Shown here in pieces: positions 52,769-64,000 of a stretch of 64,000 bases of DNA (positions are counted from its first letter, which is position 1; each line of letters begins with the position of its first letter). Both the position numbers and the translations under genes were made by a program. The notes below the pieces were generated by a model. That model was not told where the DNA came from. It saw nothing but the letters and a program-made list of their open reading frames with translations, and made no database searches. Origin of the DNA: Octopus sinensis (lineage: Eukaryota); the NCBI RefSeq assembly GCF_006345805.1, contig NC_043015.1, forward strand, positions 39,618,001 to 39,682,000, read 5' to 3'.

Positions 52769-54657
52769 GTATATATATAATGAAAGCACATTATGCACCG
52801 GGCTGCAAAATATGAGAATATGGCATGCACAAAACTCTTGACCCATAAGTCACTTTGTAACTTCTGCCAATTTAAAAATAATAATATATATACACATGTA
52901 TTGAGTTCTCTTTATCATGTTTATACTACTAAACCTATAAATGCCTGTGTGTGTCTATATATTATTTACTTTTCCATTAAGGTAAGATCAATAAAAAAAA
53001 GTACCCCAGCCAGTGAGCGATAAATATTATTTAATGTAGGCGGTGCACATATATATGAACACACACACACACACACACACACATATTGGCATGTGGTTGT
53101 CACGGTACATTACTTTAGTTGGTAGTGATGGGACATTGATGGAATAAATCAGAGGTTCACAAGCTTTTTGGGCCACTTCCCACCTCATGGCCACATAATA
53201 CCCCTCAGCGCTCCCATCCCTATTTTTATGTATAAATAAATATTTTATATTTTACTAATTTATATATATACTATGAATCATTTGGGAGGTGCAATGGCCC
53301 AGTGGTTAGGGCAGCGGACTCGTGGTTGTAGGATCACGGTTTCGATTCCCAGACCAGGTGTTGTGAGTGTTTAGTGAGCACAAACATCTGAAGCTCCACG
53401 AGGCTCCGGCAGGGGGTGGTGGCGATCCCTGCTGTCCTCTTTCGCCACAACTTTCTTACACTCTTTCTTCTGTTGGCCTGCTCGCTAAGCCAGCAGGGTG
53501 GCGTCATACTGGGTTAAGAAATCCTGGTGTTTGAAACCCTAACTTACTGAATTGAACCCTGTTCCCCTGTTTACTACTTCTAATCACAACATGAAGAAGA
53601 ATGTGTTCTTTTATTCTCCATATTTCTCTTCTTATACAAATGGTTCTCTAAATGGTAAACTCCTGTATTGTTATCCAGATTCTTAATAAATTGTATCTTC
53701 CAATTGTTACAAATGTTCTTGTAAATGGTAAAACGATACCTGTAATTATTATCAAGATTTCTAAAATGTGTGAAGCATTGAACGCAGCTGATCAATAATC
53801 TATTAGCTAACAGTCTTTGAGTAAAAACATACAACCAGTGCCAGCCACCACAGAATCTTCAGTTTGGAGCATTCTTTAGTTGTGTGTGTGAAAGAGAGAA
53901 TTCTCCTCTATATCTTTTGTATATTGAGATTATAGAAAGGAGCGTGGTGGTGGAGGTGGTGTGATGTCTGGTTTCGGAGTCTATCAATTGGAAACAGACC
54001 AAAGTGAATGGAAGAAGCTGACTTGAAATAGGACGAAAGCAGCACCAAATTACCAGTTCCATCTCCCTGTGTCAGTACACCAAACTGATATCAGATTAAT
54101 GATAATAATCAACCTTTTCAAAGATTTCTTCTTCTTTTTTTGCTTGCTTTCAATGTCTGTTTTTCTAGCATTTTTCTTCTTTTTATTTAATTTTTTTTTT
54201 TTTATAATTTTTGTTTTTGTCAGTTTTATTCTTTAATCAATACACTTCTAGACCTAAAGAGACAAGTTCAATTTCTATAATAGCTTAAACTTGTCTTATA
54301 GTTATTGTTTCATAGCTAGTTGAGATCTAAAGTGCTGTGAAAAATATTTTTTTTACTGGGTTAAGAAATCCTGGTGTTGTGTGGCCTTTTTTTGTTAGAA
54401 TATCCAATCTGTTATGTTTCTGTGGTGCCATTATGTTTTGGTTAGACTGTTCTCAGTCTGTGCTTGCTATTGTTTAGAATTTCTATACCACCATTGATTA
54501 ATATTGAACTCATTATCATTGTGTTTACCTCACTGTTTCTCCTATGAACTTATTATATTGAACTTATGAAAGAACCTCTACTTGGACACTTGACCAATTA
54601 AAAACAGCAGTCAAATCTCCCCCAAATCACACTGACTGTGTATTAAAAACAGAAACA

Positions 54658-55031
54658 TCTCTATATATATAAACGGCAAAATGTCTGTCTGTGTGTGTGT
54701 GTGTGTCCTTTATACAAATCCACAATATTTCAGTTAGAGGGCTTGCACTTTCTAAGGTTATTCAAAACCGTCCAAGGGTGGTTGTGCACATCTTTACATT
54801 TTCCCAGTCACCCTGCAAAGCCATTAAAAAATCAATAGAAGTGACTTTTTTGTGAATTTTCTATCCAAAACTGAATCAAAATGCCCGAAACTTGATACGC
54901 CAATTGAATGCCAGCTAGCTGTATGTGGTTGGTTGGTGATTTGGACAGTACTCGCATGTATGTGCGCATGCACGCAGCTGTATATGCATGCACTAGCAGT
55001 ATGACCCGGCAACGCTGGGTCATAGTGCTAG
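54658..55031 (+). mobile_element. Non-autonomous Helitron
   Basis: A|TCTCTATATATATAAACGG 5' end, GT microsatellite, 3' hairpin ATGACCCGGCAACGCTGGGTCAT and CTAG|T end. It interrupts an older SINE-like repeat at an AT dinucleotide with no TSD. Confidence 0.88.
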
Positions 55032-57367
55032 TTATATATTGTAGTCCTAGGTACTCCTAAAATGCTGATACGGGGTCATGAACGAAACACCTTCTGATCC
55101 TAGATTTGATCCGAGATTAAACGACGACTTATACAATAAACTCTTCAGTCTTGTATTTCTTCCTTCAACGCTTCCTGGACTTTCCACAGACTATAGCAAG
55201 TTTTATATTCAGATTTAGCAAACATTGGTCAAATGGTGGTGCCAGCTCAAATAATTCTGGCAGTATTGAAGTAATTAAATGTTTGAGTACAGTTTTCTGG
55301 AAACAAAAGTTTAAAATGTTTTCCTTTATAATGAAGAAACAAATGTGAAATAAAGAGTCTTGGACAATGTAAACAAACCAGGGATCCTGGATTATGGGCT
55401 CCAACATTTATCTTCGGTGTGGGAGGGACTACAAAGACTCTAGGTCCATTGTTTCTTTCCCAGCCGAAATATTATTTAAAATCTATTCAACAAGGGTGAT
55501 ACCCATCACAACAGAATTGAGATCCCCAAACTAAGGTGCCCTGTAAAAAATATTGGTGTGGGTGCTGGTGCCATGTTAAAAGCACTGGTGGTGGTGCTGT
55601 GTAAAAAAGCACCCAGCACACTCTGTAAAGGGGTTGGCATTAGGAAGGGAAAACAGACAATAGAACCTGGTGGTTTGGCATTCTGAAGCTTGTTATTGAT
55701 TTCTGATCAAAAGAATTATCAGAATCCTTGTAGGTGTCTCTTCTGTAGCTTTGGCGATGACTGAGTTCTTCCAAACTGATTTCCCAATGTCACATGACAT
55801 CAAGATGCTATTTTATTGGCTATGTCCTACGACTGGATTATGGGATGTTATTTGCCTTTCAAGTGTCTGAAGCTGTGTTGTTGCAAGGGTTGTGGTGTAG
55901 CCATAGTGAGGTTTCTGTGAAATAGGGTTGCCTTTGTTTGGCCCAAGGTCACTGTTGATCCTGCAGACCTATGATCAAAGACATTCCAACAATGAACCTC
56001 ATGTCTTTTTCCTTTTTTTTTTAAAGGAAATCCAGTACTGTGTTATCTAATGTATATTTTCTTGCTTTTGTTTAGCCTAAGGTCAACTGTGATTAAGTAA
56101 ACCTGTGATCAAATATATCCAACCATGACCACCCCACTTTTTTTACGACTGCATTATTCGGTATGTCCTTATTTTCTATGACTGTATGATATAATTTGAA
56201 AAATATTTGACTGCTATTTCTAGCTGGTTGAGCAACCATATTGTGGCTCCTTTACTGTGATTGGTCAAGTGTTCCCTTATTGCCATGGTCAGCTTTGTTC
56301 AAATTCTGGTCCCTTCCCTAAGTGCATCAGTACCCTACTTTATGCAATTTAACTATAATTAACCTTACTGCATAGGTCACTTAATCAAATAATTAATTTA
56401 TTTGCATCAAATTACAAACTGTCCTCTTAATCTTTAATCTCCGTTCACTTTTGTGTTTTGGTTTGTTTATTCTTTCTCATTACTTGATTAGTTTCATCAA
56501 ATTATTTCCTGATTTATATCAGATTTAATTAAATCTCAGAAGCAGAAACCATTTTGTCTCTACTCTCAACCATTGTTATGTTGTTTGATGTTGTTTACAG
56601 ACCGACTGCGATTGGTGTTTCATTTTGTGAGCCAAGAGCCAATGCAGTAAAAGTGTGCTGTCACTTCTTTTATGTTGACAAACTAAACAGATGTCGCACG
56701 GAGACACAATGCCACCGTGTTTGTGTGTCTATAGACCTATACTCTATTGTAGAAGGATACCAGACTATAATTAGAATATTTTAGAGTTCAACAAGAGAAA
56801 TAACAGGATTGCCAGTGTTTTGTAGTTTTTAGAAACTCACAATTTGTTGATCTGATGAAAATAATAAAATGAATATTTGTTATTTATTATCAGGGTAATC
56901 ATCACGTGGAGGCACGTGGCTTTGTGGTTAGGGGTGTTGGACTCGTGATCATAAAATTGTGGTTTCGATTCCTGGACCGGGTGACACATTGTGTTCTTGA
57001 GCAAAACACTTCACTTCATGTGGCTCCAGTCCACTCAGCTGTGAAAATGTGTTTAGCCTGGAGAGTGATGGGCTCCACCAGGCTTTCTCGCCCTAGATAC
57101 GCTGCATGTCTGCAACACCTCAACAACCCCCAAGGGGTTAAGGGACTTGTCATTGCCAATCTTCATCATCTCATATATCTCATTAGTGCTCTTGTTAAGT
57201 GACAGGTGATATAAAAAGACTCAATTAAGTTAAAAAAAAATACACTTTTCACTATTCAGTCACCACCACCACCACCACCATCATCATCTCTCTTCCCCTC
57301 TCTCTCTCTCTATCATCTCTCTCTTCTCCTCTCTCTCTCTCTACTTTACCAACAGAACATCACTCCT

Positions 57368-57570
57368 CTCTTTTACTCTTTTACTTGTTTGAGTCATTTG
57401 ACTGCGGCCATGCTGGAGCACCGCCTTTAGTCGAGCAAATCGACCCCGGGACTTATTCTTTTGTAAGCCCAGAACTTATTCTATCGGTCTCTTTTTGCCG
57501 AACCGCTAAGTGACGGGGACGTAAACACACCAGCATCGGTTGTCAAGCAATGCTAGGGGGACAAACACAG

Positions 57571-57616
<46 letters not shown>

Positions 57617-57757
57617 GCATATATACGACAGGCTTCTTTCAGTTTCCGTCTGCCAAATCCACTCACAAGGCTTTGGCCGGCCCGAGGCACAGTGGGTCTG
57701 AACCCAGAACCATGTGGTTGGTAAGCAAGCTACTTACCACACAGCCACTCCTGCGCC
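57368..57757 (-). mobile_element. Family B SINE, young copy
   Basis: Reverse complement of the 52353 copy. Confidence 0.9.
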
Positions 57758-58273
57758 ATATATTATATTTTTAACTCTCCTCTTCTATATCATCATCACC
57801 TTCAACTAACTTTTTTAACCACATAATAAATATTACGTTCCTCCTACCTCACATCATGGATGCTTCTCTCTTCCTCTTTTTCTTTCTGTCTTGCTCTTCA
57901 CCTTATCCTCTTTTTCTTCCTTTTCTTTTTCCTCTCTTTCCCTTCAACTAACCACATGAAGGCATTACAATTACATTCCCCCCCCTACCTCACGCCAAGG
58001 ACACTTCTCTCTCCCATTTTTCTCTCTCCCTTTTTTTTTTCTCTCTAATCACATGATGGCATTATCAATGGGCTAAGTAACAGAATGATTATAAGATAAT
58101 GATTTCAAATTTTGGCACAGGGCCAGCTATTGCGGGGGAGAGAGGTAAGTTGATTCCATCCACCCCAGTACTCAACCGGTACTCATTTTATGAACTCTGA
58201 AAGGATAACTCAACCTTGGTGGAATCAGAACTCAGAACGGGAAGACAGACAAAATGCTGCTAAGCTCACCACC

Positions 58274-58308
<35 letters not shown>

Positions 58309-58917
58309 CAACTGAATTATTATCTTTATTTTTATTATCCATTTCTCAGTTCTTGATAAAAGTTTCAAAAATCTGTAAATCAATATTTCTCCGTGCATCT
58401 ATTTTTCTCAAAGACATGCTCAGTCAACTGTTGAGGTACTTGCCATGATTGAACTAAGCTTATTATCTCTGTATCACATGTTGATGCCAGAGGTCAGTTT
58501 CTCTCTGTAAACCACAGCCTATTGGAATTCTAGTGAAAGTAGGAGCTGGTTTCCAAGAGAGGAACAGAGCTCTCTCGCAGGAATTTAGATAACAGTAATA
58601 GTTACATGCCGAAGGTTATTGAAGTTCTGTTGATGAGACAAATATCTATATTGGTATCTGTATTGATTTCCATATGGGTGTCGATACAGTTATCTGTATC
58701 AATATCAATAAGATATTTAAGTGTAGTAAACCTTATACTGTGCCTACCTGTTGGTCATTGGTCTTTCCTTATCCAATCCAGAATATCAAAGCTATCATAT
58801 TCACCGATTCTGAACTCCTGCTATTGAAGTGAGATCTTTATCAAATTATTTCCTTTACGTCCTCATGGCTGACAGTGTTTTTCAGTACTGCCATTTTTAG
58901 TAGTACTCTCTACTCTC

Positions 58918-59321
58918 TCTTTTACTCGTTTCAGTCATTTGACCGCGGCCGTGCTGGAGCACCGCCTTTAATCGAGCAACTCGACCCCGGGACTTATTCT
59001 TTTGTAAGCCCAGTACTTATTCTATCGGTCTCTTTTGCCGAACCGCTAAGTTACAGAGGACGTAAACACACCAGCATCGGTTGTCAAGCAATGCTAGGGG
59101 GACAAACACAGACACACAAACACACACACACGCATATATATATATATATACATATATACGACGGGCTTCTTTCAGTTTCCGTCTACCAAATCTACTCACA
59201 AGGCTTTGGTCGGCCCGAGACTATAGTAGAAGACACTTGCCCAAGGTGCCATGCAGTGGGACTGAACCCGCAACCATGTGGTTGGTAAACAAGCTACTTA
59301 CCACACAGCCACTACTGCGCC
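58918..59321 (-). mobile_element. Family B SINE, young full-length copy
   Basis: As above. Additional minus copies at about 12195-12585, 16108-16480, 21970-22372, 63575-63899 and several partials. Confidence 0.9.
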
Positions 59322-60687
59322 TATAGTAGTTCAAGTTATTCGCATTAAACCTAAACAAGTGGAGGGAGCATAGTGCATTTTCATATTTGAAAGTGTTTGC
59401 TTCATTTGAACCGTATTTGTTTATCAACAACTGACCCCATTAGAGGAATCACCAACTTGTGTCTTATATTTCATTATTTGGCCATCTTTGTAATGTAATG
59501 ACCAATTGTTGTTTTTTTTTTTCTTTTCTGAGTAGCCTCTGGTCAGCTCAGATTCAACAGATCTGTGCATTTATCATCGTAGATAGTCTTGTTGTGACCG
59601 TTTGGGCAACATTGTCTGATGTTTGTTTTTGGTTAAGACAGTTAAGGGTAATGACCACTTTTGGTCAAGAATGACCATGGAATTGCATCTAGAATGTTCC
59701 CCTCTGAGGTACACCGCCGGGTAAGGTTGTTTGTGGAAGACCAGCAATCTCCCATGCATACCAGGCTCCCCTCTTTACACTGCCACTGATGTTATCCAAG
59801 AGAAAGACAAATGCTCATACAGCTTGGCACCAGTGATGTCACAACTCATTCCTACAGCTGAGTTAACTGGGGCAACATGAAAATAAAGTGTCTTGCTCAA
59901 GAACACAACACAGCCTGATCCAGGAATTGAACTCACCACATCATGATCATGAGCATGCTGCTCTAACCTAAGCCATGCCCCTTCACTTAAGACAGTTGGG
60001 TGTTATTTAAGGGTGCTTTGGCTGCTATTTCTATTATGCAGAGAGACCACACATGTTCTTTCATCATTGGCTCCAGACCTGCCCTAGAGTAGACTCCTGG
60101 GTGTTGAGTCTCCACTTCAATTATACTGCCAGCCACCCACCCACACACCCACGACACCTAATCAACATCATTGCTCTATTCTTCCAGTTTCTTTTCATCA
60201 CCTGCCGATTCCACATCTGTTATCCATCAAACTTGACATTGCCTTCTTCCCCCCCACCCCCGCCACCCCCATCCGGGGCTCCTCATTCCTATTGTCATCC
60301 AGTATTCTACATGTTACCGATTCTTGGTTATCAAGTAGGCAAGATGGTGGTGGTGGTAGTGGTGGTGGTGGTGGTGGTGGAGACAGTTAAATTACAGTTG
60401 TACATCAAAAAGATGAGCTCAGAGGATGGAGAGGCTGTGTGGGTGGAAGGAGGGAGGGCGTTCTATTTTGGTCTGTGAAAGAAGTGTATGTGTGTGGTGG
60501 TGGGGGAGGGGGCTCGGAGGGTACCCCAACCCCCACTCACCCACCTCACCTCTTACAGCTCTGCATGACTGTTTGAGATGGAAGCAGTTGAAAATGAAAA
60601 CCATCTGTAAAATAAAATTGAAACTTTTTTTGTGATATGTATCTGTAGACATGTATAAGTGTACCTTAACACAAGCACATTCACTTA

Positions 60688-60725
<38 letters not shown>

Positions 60726-60856
60726 CTTATTTTTTAATTTTATTTAGTTTCAGCTCACAAGCTGTGGCCATGCTGGGGCACCACCATTTTTATATATATA
60801 TTTATATATATATATATATCTATATATATATATACATACATACATACATACATACA

Positions 60857-60892
<36 letters not shown>

Positions 60893-60979
60893 CATACAAG
60901 ATAAGAAAATGGAGAAATACATCTAAATCAAATATCAATTATCAGATAGGGTTGCATTTACAACCCCTATCTCAATTTG

Positions 60980-61290
60980 TATATATATATATATCAATAT
61001 ATATATATATTTATATATATATATATATATGTATACGTATATAGAAATATATATGTGTGTGTGTGTGTATGTGTATACGTATATAGAAATATATATGTGT
61101 GTGTATGTGTATACATATATAGAAATATATGTGTGTGTGTGTGTGTGTTTGTGTGTGTGTATACATATATAGAAATATATATGTATGTGTTTGTGTATAT
61201 ATGTATACATATATAGAAATGTGTGTGTGTATGTATACATATATAGAAATATATATATCTGTGTGTATGTGTATAGGTAATGTATGTCTG
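60980..61290. repeat. Microsatellite-derived minisatellite (unit ~35-50 bp anchored on TATAGAAAT)
   Basis: tatac.tatatagaaatatat(gt)n repeated about 6-7 times. Confidence 0.85.
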
Positions 61291-64000
61291 TATGTATGTA
61301 TTATATGTATGTATGGTCCAAATAATAATGATAAGACAAAAAAATTCTTCAACGCATCTTTAATGATTTCTTGATAGAAACTCTGTTTGTAAACTCTGCC
61401 AGTTTACGCAAATATTTGAAGTGAAAATTTACATAATGTTTGCAGTTTTAGACATTGTAGTAGCACTTCATCAGACTTACATCAAAGATGCACTTTCACA
61501 TGGTGCATCTTCCAGACATTGTTTTTCTTTTTCTTCTTCTTCGTCGTTGTATCCGACCCCTCATACTCTCTGTACTAATTGTTCATCCCTAACCACACTT
61601 CCATTTTTTGTTTCCTCCCGATATAACTAACCAACACATACAAAAAAAAATGCTGCAGTTTTGACTTGAGCTCGCTCATGACCAAATGGCTATGTCCATC
61701 TTGTCCACCACTTAATCTTCGCAAACACCACACTTTATTTTGTATTCCATACCTTTGTGGTATTACCAGACACTATTAAATTACACTCTATTACCGTACA
61801 CTACACACTACTGTATTACTCTACTATCTTACTTCATACCACTCTACTATAAGCTCCATTGTGTTCTTCAAATACATTGAAATAGTAACTTTTGTACTAC
61901 CCAGTATCACCACCATCACCACCACCACCACCATATTACCACTGCTACCATCTCTACTATCGCTCCCCCCACCCCCACCACCATCGCCACCATCTTAGAA
62001 CAGAATGTCATTAGTCGGTCGCAAACATCGCATTAAACATTTATGTTTTTATTCAGCCGATTTCATCAAACAAGGTGAATGTTCTAGAAATTTTCTGATA
62101 AACAACTGACTGTGCCTATCAATTGAACCCATACCGGTTCGTTGGTTATCTCGGCATTCAAGCAGATTCCTTGATGTCACTTCTCCTTGCCTTGTCCAAG
62201 CTAGACTTAGCTCCTAGCAACGCTGCTTCTCTGCTGCCTCGGCTCTCTGGCTTTTTAATGACGACACCAATTATTCTGGCTGACTTGCAGTAAAGTGTAA
62301 GGGTCAACTGCTGTGAGAAGATCAGCGGAATGGTAAATAGGAGATTCTGTTAGACTTATCTCCTCCATCAGTTCCACTTTCTCAGAATCTGCATGGAATG
62401 TGTCCTTGGTCTATAATTAGGTCTTCACACAGAAACAAGAAAAAAAATGCAGAAAAAAAAAACAAAATGACAAAATAACATCAACAAACTTAATTGATTA
62501 GCAACTGATATATACATGGGGTTTGTATGTTTGTTTATTTGCATGTGTGTGTATATGTATTTGCTATGTGTATTTGTGTGTGTGTATTATGTTGTGTGCG
62601 TGTGTATATCTTGTCTATTTATTTCCATGAAATGTCATTTCCCAGATGCATTTCTTTCTTCGACAACTCCATCATTCCTTTTTTATCGATTCGTTTCTCC
62701 GCATCACTATTCTCCCCATTCCTCTCTAACGCTTCACCGCATGTGTTGACAGCACATGTGGATGATACATGGCGATAAATGGCAACTGTACATTATAATA
62801 CATGTTGATGATATATGTTTATACGACACTTTGACAAAACATCACATGTTGATGGCACGTTAATACCACATGCAGCCGACATGTTGATAAATGTCGATGA
62901 CATATTGAGTACAAACATTTGCCACATGTTTCAATGACACGTCACCAATCCACATTTACTACATTCGCTGCTATTGTCATGCGTTAATGACACATGATGA
63001 ACCCAAAGATTCTATTTCCAAATTCTCTTCTTCTCTCTTTGACTTATTTATATGTCTTTACCAAAAGTACACTCCTTCAAGGAACTTCAGTTTTTTCCTT
63101 TTCTTTTTTTTCTAAATGGTAAACTCTGCTCTCTTCTTCCAGCACCGAAACAGGACCCACACTTGGTTTCAAATTTAACCGAGAAAGAAAAAAAATAAAA
63201 TTAGAAATTAGAAGCAAAAAAAAAGAAAGAAACCAAGGGGATATCGGAATTGGGTGTTGGTTGTTCTTGCTGCTTACTTTAGCAATTTCTGAGACGGTCT
63301 GTCTGAGAACAGAGTTCCTCTTGATTTATCATAAAATGGGGGGAAATAGAAAAACAGAAAAATTGTGTCTTTAGATAGTTATAACAATAGGGGTGATGGT
63401 GGTGGTTGTGGTGGTGGTGAAACTGCTACCATTTTGTTTGTCAATATCAAAAACAATGTTGGTGGTGCTTTCATTTACTTTGCTTTCTACCAATTCTGTA
63501 GATTGTCTGGTCTGAATGACAGGGGAACGTATCCAGGTCACCATCAACATCCCTTTTTCCATGCTAGCATGGTACTAAGCCTAGTACTTATTCTATCGGT
63601 TCCTTTTGCCGAACCGCTAAGTTACAGGGACCTAAACACACCAGCATTGGTTGTCAAGCGATGTTGGGGGGGGGGTACAAACACAGACACACAAACATAT
63701 ACATACACATTCATACATATATATATATATACATGTATACGACGGGCTTCTTTCAGTTTCCGTCTACCAAATCCACTCACAAGGCTTTGGTTGGCCCGAG
63801 GCTATAGTAGAAGACACTTGCCCAAGGTGCCACGCAGTGGGACTGAACCCAGAACCATGTGGCTCATAAGCAAGCTACTTGCCACACAACCACGCCTACG
63901 TTAAACTATTAAGATGATGATGATGATGAATCTCTGGTAACTTATTCTGGACAATTAAGTGAACTGAATCTGAAAAAATAAGATCTAAGTACCTACAGTA

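Noticed and set aside
55151-55407. Protein-like ORFs on both strands and a good acceptor near 55187
   Set aside because: No recognisable family, no DOCK motif and no convincing donor.
62150-62330. Open frames on both strands in unique sequence
   Set aside because: No start codon in the minus frame, no recognisable homology, and the length is within chance expectation.

Overview
Repeat-dense (AT-rich, microsatellite-saturated) animal genomic DNA, very probably Octopus, judged from the tRNA-derived SINE families, RTE LINE tails and repeat landscape; this assignment is pattern recognition, not a database match. One host gene is visible: the CpG-rich promoter and first coding exon (8344-8442, +) of a DOCK-D/Zizimin family Cdc42 GEF (DOCK9/10/11-like). 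No exon 2 was found, so everything from 8443 to the window end appears to be a first intron of more than 55 kb. The rest is mobile DNA: several SINE families, RTE, L1/Tx1 and Penelope-like retroelement remnants, non-autonomous Helitrons and Helentron (HINE)-like elements, foldback/MITE-like palindromes, and TE-derived tandem arrays. Nearly all ORFs in the supplied track are low-complexity artefacts. The most interesting observations are: (1) a complete minimal hammerhead ribozyme motif (48455-48500) in a Penelope-type inverted repeat, sense to the DOCK pre-mRNA, with an upstream antisense arm that could sequester it; (2) SINE concatemers that recur with the same palindromic tail-to-internal junction, one flanked by a single target-site duplication; (3) a SINE variant with a snap-back hairpin tail shared by two loci; (4) a perfect 34-bp hairpin followed by T11; (5) two frame-preserving microexon candidates and a possible internal promoter in the DOCK intron. 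None is proven from sequence alone.
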